A model generated the notes under the pieces. It was not told the DNA's origin, searched no databases, and worked only from the letters and a program-made list of their open reading frames with translations. From Tortispora ganteri (taxonomy: Eukaryota), in contig PPNB01000028.1 of assembly GCA_003707115.1 (NCBI GenBank), positions 1 through 64,000 on the forward strand: a stretch of DNA of 64,000 bases. The letters are read 5' to 3'. Shown here piece by piece: positions 50,048 through 59,353 of this stretch (positions within the stretch are counted from its first letter, which is position 1; the number at the start of each line of letters is the position of its first letter). A program made the translations under genes and the position numbers.

Positions 50048-50153
50048 CCTAGCTGAACCCTGCACGGCTTTCATGGGCAATCTCGGTTTAATCAGCCCGT
50101 CTTCCCAACCTTACCTAGCCTACCTTTACCCCACACACCTAATCACTCCCCAA

Positions 50154-50648
50154 ATGGGCTGCGTGTTCTGTGCAATTGCAGAAAGAAACCCATCAGGAGA
50201 ATGTAATGACCCTAATGTCGTATATTCCGATGATAGAGTACTAGTTTTTTTAGATATCCAGCCACTAGTATCGGGTCGAGGCCACACTTTAGTGGTACCC
50301 CGCACTCATATTCCCACACTCGACAGCCTTGATCCACAGTCAGCGTCCGCAATTGGCCAGATCTTGCCAAAAATATGTCGTGCAATCAAAAAAGCGACTT
50401 CAGCGAATGCGTACAATGTTGTACAGAATAATGGTCGGTCCGCAGGCCAGATCATAGATCACGTGCACTTCCACATAATACCCCGTCAGCTCGATGTCGA
50501 TGTCTCTAACACATTCATTGAAGACAAACCTCTGCCTTACAGGAGCCTAGTAGAATACAAGATGGTGATTACTGGACGTGGACAGCGCGAGGACCTCGAT
50601 GATGATGTCCTGTGCGAACTTGTCCCTAAGATTAAGGCAAATTTATAG
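50154..50648 (+). CDS. HIT-family nucleotide hydrolase (HINT-like)
   Basis: CVFCAI, FLDIQPL..GHTLVVP, QNNG..AGQ...HVHFHIIPR; ends KANL. Confidence 0.88.
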   Translation: MGCVFCAIAERNPSGECNDPNVVYSDDRVLVFLDIQPLVSGRGHTLVVPRTHIPTLDSLDPQSASAIGQILPKICRAIKKATSANAYNVVQNNGRSAGQIIDHVHFHIIPRQLDVDVSNTFIEDKPLPYRSLVEYKMVITGRGQREDLDDDVLCELVPKIKANL

Positions 50649-50748
50649 TAATGCAATTTGTAGAATACATAAAAAGGTAGCACCCGTTGCAGTCGCTTTA
50701 TGGCGCTCGCAAACAGGCGAGAAGAAACCGTAGACTTTTCTCCAGATG

Positions 50749-52038
50749 TTATTGAGTGTTATGGTATTCGGGAAAGAATGTCTCGTATATCATGTTCTTC
50801 TCTGATTCAAACATGGCGTGCACAAGTAACGCCGCCTTAAAGTACCGCTTGTTGCAGTACTTTTTGAACGAGCTTTCGTATATTCTTGGACCAAGCAGCA
50901 GCTCTAGCAACAATCGCACAGGCCGCTCTAAGTCAATTAGGGAATATCCCCCACTAGCAGCAATGAACTTATCACCCCATCCCCATCTTGATAGCATGCA
51001 TTTAGAAAGAAACATAGCAGTGGCAGCACACAATGAGGGTTCTATCCCGTGAAACTTGTCGCTTACTGCTGTGAGTTCTAGTAAATATTTAGCGATAGTG
51101 CGTGTTTCCATATGCGAACTATCAGCTTTGGATATACGTCTCAGGAAATTCATAGGATTCGGGTAGCTCATACTGTAGTCCAAACTATTCAGAATGAGTA
51201 TTTCGGCTTCGTGGAGGTCCTCAGGCCTAAATACTCCGTCGCCAACAAACACAAAAGCTTCGGCTACTGGAGGAAATATCTCCTCATATTTTGCAGCAAT
51301 GAATAAGCATGTAGCACCAATTAACTGAAGTCTGTCTATTTTTACCTGCTTGAGCGTAAGGAATCGGTCAAAGATATTCAGTGCCAGGTATAGCGTCTCT
51401 GGCATCAATCTAAAGCTTGTGTGCACTTCTACCAACCAGTCAACTAAAATGTTTCTCATATCTTGGTTGACTTCTGCCTGAAAATTAAGACACTGTGGAT
51501 CTGTTAAAGTTGTTTTCTCGAGCTCGTACAGGTAGTCAAAAATCTCATCCGCATACTCGACTACCATCATAGGATCCTGCGCGTCCTGCGCGTCGAGCGT
51601 TTCGCTCAAAGAGTCATCTTTACCATACTCGTAAAACTCTGTTGCGTGAAGAGATGTTGTGCAAAGGGTTTTAGCCATAACTTTAGCTATATAGTCTTTG
51701 GTTGGTGCTGTTACTGACTCAGCTATAATCACGTCTCTCAAGTCCTCTTCAGGAAGGAAACTCTCGCTAGCAGGTGTGCTTCTGGCAGTAGATACGCTTT
51801 CACTCCTTGAAAGCGGAACAGACTCCTGTACAACCTCTTTAGGTACCCTGGACTTTTGGTTTCCCTCTGCGCTGACTTTATCTTTTGCGCCTTGCGGCCG
51901 CTTGTGGACATTAGAAAGGTCTCTTAGTGCATGCCGTTTGCGCGGTCTTTCATCATTTTCTACTTGCTTGCTAGGTAAGAAATCCACATTCTCCCTATCT
52001 GCAGTAGCCCTAGAATGGTTACGCGTTTTGGGTCCCAT
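50749..52038 (-). CDS. B-type cyclin
   Basis: D-box RHALRDLSN; cyclin box MRNILVDWLVEVH..F.L.PETL.LA.N..DRFL, LFIAAKYEE, PNPMNFLRRISKAD. Confidence 0.92.
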   Translation of the reverse strand: MGPKTRNHSRATADRENVDFLPSKQVENDERPRKRHALRDLSNVHKRPQGAKDKVSAEGNQKSRVPKEVVQESVPLSRSESVSTARSTPASESFLPEEDLRDVIIAESVTAPTKDYIAKVMAKTLCTTSLHATEFYEYGKDDSLSETLDAQDAQDPMMVVEYADEIFDYLYELEKTTLTDPQCLNFQAEVNQDMRNILVDWLVEVHTSFRLMPETLYLALNIFDRFLTLKQVKIDRLQLIGATCLFIAAKYEEIFPPVAEAFVFVGDGVFRPEDLHEAEILILNSLDYSMSYPNPMNFLRRISKADSSHMETRTIAKYLLELTAVSDKFHGIEPSLCAATAMFLSKCMLSRWGWGDKFIAASGGYSLIDLERPVRLLLELLLGPRIYESSFKKYCNKRYFKAALLVHAMFESEKNMIYETFFPEYHNTQ

Positions 52039-52120
52039 TAGTAAAGAATTATGAAGATCGTCACTTTCTTTACCAACCTAGAAATGCCACGCAAATTTTT
52101 CGTTTCTTCCGCCGCTCTAA

Positions 52121-52740
52121 ATCGCGTTTCAACACGAATTTTTATTAAACAATTATCTTAAATAAGCATAAGACCACGTGATCTCTTCTTTTTATCGCTT
52201 TTATGATTATATGACGTCCCTATCGCTTGCGTCTTGACTGCGCCTGGTACGTGGATGGAAGAAGCTGTGTTGTAGTGTCGTCAAATAAACTCTTTATTCA
52301 CGTAAATAGAGTTTATCGGTCTTCTATTATCCGAGTCACCATAAAATACTCGATACAGTCTTTGAGTCTCTAGATACACTTGAAAATTGCATATATTTAT
52401 TATGAATATATATTATTATCTAGTCTGTATAATAAAAAGCTTTTAGTTGCGCTATTGCGACTTGCACGTTGAACATATCTAATATTTAGTATCATAAATA
52501 AGGTTTTACTAAGTTAGGCACAATCTTTGCATATTTTCAGTACAGACCGCGTCTTATATATAAAAAATATGCAATTAAACATTAAACGTATTCAGAACAG
52601 TTTGTTAAAATCATAGACGCGTTTATTAAACAGTATTCATCTTAAGACAGCTGTTTAACACACATTTAGACCATTTATTTTTGAGTCACGTGATGTACGT
52701 GCTTCACCCACTTCACACGCGACGCGCCGTGCCACGCGCC
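52121..52740. promoter_or_regulatory. Cluster of CGCG (MCB-like) and CACGTG elements in the cyclin/TRM11 divergent promoter
   Basis: ATCGCGTTT at 52121, ACGCGT at 52617-52622, ACGCGACGCG...ACGCG at 52717-52738, GTCACGTGA at 52685-52693, CACGTG near 52175. Confidence 0.5.
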
Positions 52741-52831
52741 CACCTTAGCGTCAAAGTCGGCACAAACTTTCTCAATTTCATTCAAACAGTATTAATACGC
52801 AATTCAGTCAATAATAGTCCAATTTAAATTG

Positions 52832-52960
52832 ACTCGTTTCTTCACCAACAGGCTCATAGGTTCGTACCTTGAGAGAAATGTTGTAAAACCTTATTTCTCA
52901 GAACGGCAGTTTGCGTCAACTGCCACCGCTGGCCCGTCATCCTGTCGCTGAAAGAAGAGT
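52832..52960 (-). ncRNA. Candidate structured non-coding RNA (unidentified family)
   Basis: An imperfect outer stem of ~20 bp closes three hairpins; G-U pairs favour the minus strand; no ORF covers it. Confidence 0.4.
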
Positions 52961-53162
52961 TTTGCTATATGCGAGAAAAAAAGCAACAATTTTAAAGAAT
53001 AAATTAAATTTTCTTATCTGCCTAAATGTTCTGCGTTGGTTGTAAGAGCAGTGCAGAGGACTGAAGACGCTAGTGTGGGCCAAAATTCCATACTACAAAC
53101 CTACACTAGCCCTATATCCATTTAAACCTTAGTTTTCCACCATTTTTCGATCTGCTCCTGTA

Positions 53163-54461
53163 ATGAAGAAGTATTTAGTGCTTCTTGCGCAGGCTCATGA
53201 GACGTTCAGGAAGGCTGAATTACAGGCTCTTGCATCTTTGTATAATATAGATCTGGACTTGTCGTCATACAGTAAGAATAACCCATTTTTGGTGGTGTAT
53301 TTAAAGGACGATGAGGAGGCTAAAAACTTGGTCTCACGAGCGATCTTGGTCAGATCTGTGTTTGAACTTTGGTCTGAAGGCAGAAACCTCGCAGAGCTGC
53401 ATGAAAACACCAAACGCGACTCAAAAGATAAATGGGAGCTCTATAAAAACTGCTCCTTCAGGTTTACAGTCACTTCGTTTCAGGGCAGTCGTCCGAAGCA
53501 TGATCAGCGAGAACTAATAGAATCTTTCTCGTACCTTGGTTTCGAGGGACCAATCAGAATGAAAGACCCAGACCAAGTCTTCTGCGTCTTGGAGGACTAC
53601 GATCTCATAAACGGCTCTAAAGAAAGCGTTCTTAAGCGTATGTGTTTTGGTCGATGGATTGCCGACTCAGACAGGCACGCCATAGACATTTACGACTTAA
53701 AACGCAGAGACTATATTGGAACAACATCTTTTGAAGCTGAACTGGCTCTAGTGACGTGTAATATCGCGAAAATAACACAAGGAGATATTGTATATGACCC
53801 CTTTGCTGGCACAGGAAGCTTTCTTGTCGCCGCAGCGCATTACGGCGGCCACGTCTTTGGTGCAGACATAGACGGTAGACAGCTCCGCGGAATAGGCAAG
53901 ACGTCAAATATTGCCTCAAACTTCGTTCAATACAACTTGACTTCCAAATACATAGACGTTTTTTCCGGCGACTTCACTCACTCGCCATTCCGCAGCACCG
54001 TCCAGTTTAACGCCATAGTCTGCGACCCTCCTTACGGCGTCCGCGAAGGACTTAAGGTCCTTGGAGAGGAAAATCAGCAGAGAATCAAATCTTCTATAAG
54101 CAAATGCGACAAAGACGGCAAACCCCTGTACCTGAAAAACACCTATATCCCGCCAAAGAAAAATTACGACTTCCCCTCATTGTTCGACGATATCCTAGAC
54201 TTCGCTTCCGTACATCTCGTACCCGGTGGCCGTTTATGTTGCTGGGTTCCAGTATCAAACAGCGAAGTGTCTTTAAATATTTTTCCCCAGCATCCGGATT
54301 TGCGTCTCCTTTCAGTATGCGTGCAAGAGTTCAACAAATGGTCCAGGGTATTGACTATTTACGAACGTCGCACTAGCACAGAGTTCACACAATCCACACG
54401 CCAGTCAATGCGTGTCGGCCATTTCCGAAATCAGTACTTTAGCGGTTTCAAAGACGATTGA
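53163..54461 (+). CDS. TRM11: tRNA (guanine-10-N2)-methyltransferase
   Basis: HETFRKAEL, LKRR.YIGTTSFEAEL, YDPFAGTGS, IVCDPPYGVREG. Confidence 0.95.
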   Translation: MKKYLVLLAQAHETFRKAELQALASLYNIDLDLSSYSKNNPFLVVYLKDDEEAKNLVSRAILVRSVFELWSEGRNLAELHENTKRDSKDKWELYKNCSFRFTVTSFQGSRPKHDQRELIESFSYLGFEGPIRMKDPDQVFCVLEDYDLINGSKESVLKRMCFGRWIADSDRHAIDIYDLKRRDYIGTTSFEAELALVTCNIAKITQGDIVYDPFAGTGSFLVAAAHYGGHVFGADIDGRQLRGIGKTSNIASNFVQYNLTSKYIDVFSGDFTHSPFRSTVQFNAIVCDPPYGVREGLKVLGEENQQRIKSSISKCDKDGKPLYLKNTYIPPKKNYDFPSLFDDILDFASVHLVPGGRLCCWVPVSNSEVSLNIFPQHPDLRLLSVCVQEFNKWSRVLTIYERRTSTEFTQSTRQSMRVGHFRNQYFSGFKDD

Positions 54462-54486
54462 TCCGGAGTAATACACCACTCAATAT

Positions 54487-57400
54487 TCAAGCAACTTGCA
54501 TGTTCTGATAGTAAATTTGCTTTAAGACCTCTTCAAACGGCCTAAGAATATCCTGATCAACCCGAGGCACTGAAAGACATCGTGTAATGAACGGCACTAG
54601 CTTGCCAAACTCTTGGGCAGCCGTTCTGTCGGATACGCAAGCTCTTGCAACAATGTTCAAAGTTTCAGTCATGTCATCCTTTTGCCATCGAAGCAACGGC
54701 TGCCGTCCTCGTAGTGGCTGTTCAATCCAATACCAGCGTAGCATTACTGCGCATTTCCATGCAGCTCTAGTATAAGCCATATTCTGGTATAACTTGACGC
54801 TGCATTTGAGCGCAATATTCACCAACTCATTGAAACAAAATATACAGCACTTTGTTTCACCATCTTTCTTATTTAGAGATCGGCCAAACAACGGCGCCTT
54901 TGCTAGCTCATTGAATGGAAAATCCTTCTCTAATCCAAGCTCTACTTCAGTAGTGCTACACAAGAAAGATTGTTCATAAAATGAATTGACAAGCAATATC
55001 ATCTCTTTTTCTGGAACATCTCCACGAAGTATCTGTGGATGCAAATTCGTAAAAACCGCCGTAAGATATTCGAAATCCTGCTCTTCGGAGTACTCATCGG
55101 CATTTATCTCCTTTAGCTTGTGTCCAGATGAAAGGATACTAACAAGGAACCTTGAAATAGTTTTCCAAAAATCAGAGCTGTTGTCCTTGTGCTGTATAGT
55201 CAGAAACCCTTCTACCAATTGCGCAAACAATTTAATAGCAGTAGATCGGATTTCCACAGTCTCTTTTAGAGTTCCACCGACTGGCACCAACAAAAGCGAT
55301 AAAACATCATAATTAACATTGCTTTCCATGATTCCAGCTCTGGATTCAGGGTTCTCGTACAAATCCTTGAATATCTTCAATGCTTGGTTAGACAATGCCA
55401 AATACGTAGGATCGCCTTTGGTTTGTATATCACGCACGAGTACGCCTTTCGTAAAAGGTAAAATGCTTAAGGAAATAAGTCTCAACGCAACCATTGCCGT
55501 GTTCTCTTTATCTTTTAGTAAATCTTTGAGCAAAGAGAGTACTGAATTTTGAAGAACAGACGGCCTTTGGAGGTCTGAGGTAATAGCAGTATCATATGGG
55601 AATATCAACGCTTTCTCAAACAATACAAGCGATTCTTGTGCGTCAAACTCATAATTGCTTGTTCGTGACAGTTTTAGAAGATGCTTGAAAACTCCTAAAT
55701 GGTAGCCTACCATATCCACAGTGAGATCATGTTGTTCATATATGCTTGAGTCCTCCCAGACCATCCAGCATTTTTTCACGGTTGCAGCGTTAATGGATAT
55801 TTCAGGGGCCTGATTGATAACATCCAGAATTGTAGAGAAAGCTTTGAACACGTAAGAGTTGATCGCAGACGTATGTAGGCCAATTGCCCAAGAGAAATAG
55901 TCTAGTATACCACAAACTGCTTCATTAATCTCATCCAATGGAGGTGTGCTAGCAACATAGTCAGCCATAATCTGCGAAATACCTGAAAGAATCAATGATA
56001 TTGACTCTAAGACTGAAGAACCATTCCCAGATTTGTCGGAAGGATAGGCCAAAATCCCATTAATTATAATCATATCGAGACACGATTTCCACGAATTAGG
56101 ACCCATTACCTTCACTTGCGATTCTATCACTCCAAAGAATATGGGAATAGCGGAGTTTCGTATTTCAGTCCACGGCAAACTAGCGATTTGCACTATTTCA
56201 TACAGCAGTATGAACCACAACGCACAAAATTGCGAATACTTATCTTCATGCGAGTCTAAGAACTTGACTGCATCATCAAGGTTGCTAAAAACTGTGTCCA
56301 GTTCCAGTTTTCCTCCGTTTAGGGTGATCTGGCGCGATATGTGATCAGAAACAAGCCAAAAAAAGGATGAAGCTGCCAGAGCAATATTAATATCTGCACG
56401 CTGTTGAGCAAATCCGCACAATATTATCACAAATTTCTTTAAATCTAGTGGGTCAAGAGAAGACAAGAAATCATTGCAGATAAGACCAACAGACTTAAAG
56501 GCAGACTGGGTGAATTCTTCCATTTTTTTGTTTTGTTCGTATTTCGGTGACTTAGCTAATATTTCCAGCACATGATTCATCAAGTAAAACAGATCACACC
56601 ATTCCACAGTAAGCATAACTCCGACCTGATTTAAAATCTCATTAAGGCAATTCATCGTATCTATTAATGAATCAGCGCATTCGGTATAATCTTTTTCGCT
56701 AATTGCTTTAGATGTCATAGCTTCTGATATAGCTTTGATTTCTTTCTCCAAAGCATGGAAGAGATAGGTGATAGTTTTAGCGTTCGGGTCATAATCTGGC
56801 TTTTTCTCAATTAGACAGAATAGTTGGAATACACAGGTATTATATATTTGAGTCAATGAAAGACGCATTCCAGTGCTGAACTTTTGATGGCTAGACAAAA
56901 CGTCAAAAAATTGAGAACTTATATTATCCCAGATAGAATGATCTATATCTTCTGAATCAATTCGCTCTAAGGATTCGAGAAGAGCGGCTCTCAGCTTTGT
57001 AAGATAAAACTCAATTTTGTGTGATAAGTATTGAGAGCTTGCAACTGTAGCTGCGGTTGATGATGAAGAAGGTGACGCTTTCAATGAAGTTTCAGTAACC
57101 GAAGAGAACAGCAAAGAAACCAGATCAATAAATCTGTTAGATGGAAAAGTCTTCCATACATGAGGGAGTCTGAGTTCAGCTGCATTAAGAGCTTCTGTGT
57201 CAATAGATTCAGATGGCTGAGATTCTGGAGGCTTTAAAAGAGATGAAGAAGATCTTCGGTGACGCAGAGTTGGGCGACGTTTCTCGGTAATTATCATAAA
57301 ATTTGTCTTCTCGAGGGTGTCCAGTATCAAGTACCAAAGGTCTCCAAGAACCGGTCCTAAAAACAGGCTAAGATTAACCAGTGCGCGTATTGTTAAGATT

Positions 57401-59211
57401 TTGTAACCAGTGACGTGTAGCAAATTTGATGTTTCAATCATTGCAATGAACTGCTCATCCGACAAGCAAGTAGTTGGATTGGTATTTCCTAACTCAAAGA
57501 TCTCATCTATCTCGACTTTGCTGGAGCCTAAAGTTAAGTAAGATATTTCATAAATGAGTGTATTTCTAACCTTGTTTAGCTGAACAATTCCTGCAGATTG
57601 GCAGAGCTTTTGTGACGCTCTGACAATGCTATGGTATAAATCAAAATCAATGTTAGCACGAAGGTAGTTCCAATGAATACGCATAATATACATCCAGCTG
57701 CTCATAACGAATTGGGACACTGTAGTCAGAGCCTCGTCATTCTGAATGAACTCTGGATTCAGCAGAGCAAGACTCACTGTAGATTTTCGCGCTGATGTAT
57801 GTTCATTCGCAGGCATGGAAGCTTGTTTTCGCAAGAGAGCCGATGAAAAGTGAGAAACATGGCTTTGAGTTCCATCGCACAAGACATTAATACAGGTAAT
57901 GAGCAGATAATACAGGTATTCAGAAGGGAAGTTCGGCGGATCCGATTTGTCTAGCTGATCTATACTTGGAGCGCATGATGATAAAACCTTTGAAGAAAAC
58001 ATCGGCTCTTGTTTCATCGTTTCGACTGAAGTAATTTCAGGGAGGTCGATTAGAATTGAAGACTGCGAAGACGACCTTTCTAGTGAGAAGGTAAGGAACT
58101 TCTCTGAAAGTCTTGTAAAAGAAACAATTAAATTTATAATTGCAGGAGTTTTTGGCTTTTCATCGAAATCTAGAGTGAAAAGATCGAGTACGAGGGAGAA
58201 CTCTGAAATGATACCTTGACAGGCTTCGAGGCATAAGCAGTATTTCCAGGGCAGTATGCCGTCATTGTCGAAAATCTGGGCAATTAAAGATAAAAGCATG
58301 TGACATTCTTTTGGAATAGCAGGTATAAGTCGCAGTATCAACATATAAGTTATTCGTGCGGCGCGCAGAACAGAGGGGAAGTCAGTTGCATCTGCGAGAA
58401 TAGTCATTACTGCAGGAACTAGAGAAGTTTTGACTATAAATATTAACTCCTTGTGAGACAAGAACATAGTATAGTGGTTAGTGAGAATAGTCTCGATGAG
58501 CTCAAAAGCTATACCTTCTGGGACAGCGGGTATTTCAAAATATTGTGATTTCTTTGGCGGATGCTGTACAAATAGCGAAAGATCGTAGAATAGCCTGTAA
58601 GCGTCATATGCTTGATGTGTGACATAAATAGAATAATCAGAATCGAATTTTAATGGGATTGTCTTCTCTAAATTGTCTGCAGGGGCAACACGATCGAAGA
58701 TGAGCATAACCATCTGATGAATAGTGGCATTGGCAGTGCTTCTGACGACATTTGATTTCAGGCGCAAGGCAGTAATACAAATTCTTAATAGCTTGCTAAG
58801 ATATGTATCAGTTGAATTATCAGGGTAATTTTCCAGCAATGGTGGCAGAGTTTGAATAATTTTGAGCAGCTCTTCAGCTGATCCCACAGAGGCGGCCGAT
58901 TGTAGGGCTTCCTGTAACGCATCGAGCGATTCTACAGAGACAGCAGAGGTCTGGACCAATCGCTGTATCGATCTTAATGCTATGTTTAAAGCTCTTTGTG
59001 ATTTAGCCGAGATACATGCTATAAAGAAAGGCGCGGTAAAGTGTGGTTTTGACGCCAAGATGGACAACACTGATTTGTCGTCCTTGTAGCGAGCCTGGAG
59101 CGCCTGTATCTCTGCCATTGATGCCTCAGCGGCAATCTGAAGTTCAGAATTGCGTCTAGCTTCAGATGCTAGTGTATTCAAGTCAGCGATTATGCTCGGA
59201 AGTACGGACAT
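54487..59211 (-). CDS. MON2: Mon2/Ysl2 Arf-GEF-like endosomal trafficking protein
   Basis: DL..LASEARR..E...AAE, LKIIQTLP.L, IDQLDK.DPP..P..Y, LICNDFLS.L, Q..DINIAL.A...FW..SD, LRGRQPL. Start at 59211 (59274 possible). Confidence 0.88.
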   Translation of the reverse strand: MSVLPSIIADLNTLASEARRNSELQIAAEASMAEIQALQARYKDDKSVLSILASKPHFTAPFFIACISAKSQRALNIALRSIQRLVQTSAVSVESLDALQEALQSAASVGSAEELLKIIQTLPPLLENYPDNSTDTYLSKLLRICITALRLKSNVVRSTANATIHQMVMLIFDRVAPADNLEKTIPLKFDSDYSIYVTHQAYDAYRLFYDLSLFVQHPPKKSQYFEIPAVPEGIAFELIETILTNHYTMFLSHKELIFIVKTSLVPAVMTILADATDFPSVLRAARITYMLILRLIPAIPKECHMLLSLIAQIFDNDGILPWKYCLCLEACQGIISEFSLVLDLFTLDFDEKPKTPAIINLIVSFTRLSEKFLTFSLERSSSQSSILIDLPEITSVETMKQEPMFSSKVLSSCAPSIDQLDKSDPPNFPSEYLYYLLITCINVLCDGTQSHVSHFSSALLRKQASMPANEHTSARKSTVSLALLNPEFIQNDEALTTVSQFVMSSWMYIMRIHWNYLRANIDFDLYHSIVRASQKLCQSAGIVQLNKVRNTLIYEISYLTLGSSKVEIDEIFELGNTNPTTCLSDEQFIAMIETSNLLHVTGYKILTIRALVNLSLFLGPVLGDLWYLILDTLEKTNFMIITEKRRPTLRHRRSSSSLLKPPESQPSESIDTEALNAAELRLPHVWKTFPSNRFIDLVSLLFSSVTETSLKASPSSSSTAATVASSQYLSHKIEFYLTKLRAALLESLERIDSEDIDHSIWDNISSQFFDVLSSHQKFSTGMRLSLTQIYNTCVFQLFCLIEKKPDYDPNAKTITYLFHALEKEIKAISEAMTSKAISEKDYTECADSLIDTMNCLNEILNQVGVMLTVEWCDLFYLMNHVLEILAKSPKYEQNKKMEEFTQSAFKSVGLICNDFLSSLDPLDLKKFVIILCGFAQQRADINIALAASSFFWLVSDHISRQITLNGGKLELDTVFSNLDDAVKFLDSHEDKYSQFCALWFILLYEIVQIASLPWTEIRNSAIPIFFGVIESQVKVMGPNSWKSCLDMIIINGILAYPSDKSGNGSSVLESISLILSGISQIMADYVASTPPLDEINEAVCGILDYFSWAIGLHTSAINSYVFKAFSTILDVINQAPEISINAATVKKCWMVWEDSSIYEQHDLTVDMVGYHLGVFKHLLKLSRTSNYEFDAQESLVLFEKALIFPYDTAITSDLQRPSVLQNSVLSLLKDLLKDKENTAMVALRLISLSILPFTKGVLVRDIQTKGDPTYLALSNQALKIFKDLYENPESRAGIMESNVNYDVLSLLLVPVGGTLKETVEIRSTAIKLFAQLVEGFLTIQHKDNSSDFWKTISRFLVSILSSGHKLKEINADEYSEEQDFEYLTAVFTNLHPQILRGDVPEKEMILLVNSFYEQSFLCSTTEVELGLEKDFPFNELAKAPLFGRSLNKKDGETKCCIFCFNELVNIALKCSVKLYQNMAYTRAAWKCAVMLRWYWIEQPLRGRQPLLRWQKDDMTETLNIVARACVSDRTAAQEFGKLVPFITRCLSVPRVDQDILRPFEEVLKQIYYQNMQVA

Positions 59212-59353
59212 TATCGTATTAACAGGTATATATATGTATTGGCGAAGCTGTGAGTGAGTGGGGTAAATAGACATTTACGTTGCCATGCAAAATGAGATAA
59301 ACTGCGTGTGGTATAGTATATTGTAAGCAAAAGTGTTATATTTAAGTGATAAA

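Noticed and set aside
52390..52700. GTCACGTGA next to an AT-rich tract as a point centromere (CDEI/II)
   Set aside because: No CDEIII CCGAA at a suitable distance; better explained as a bHLH site in a promoter.
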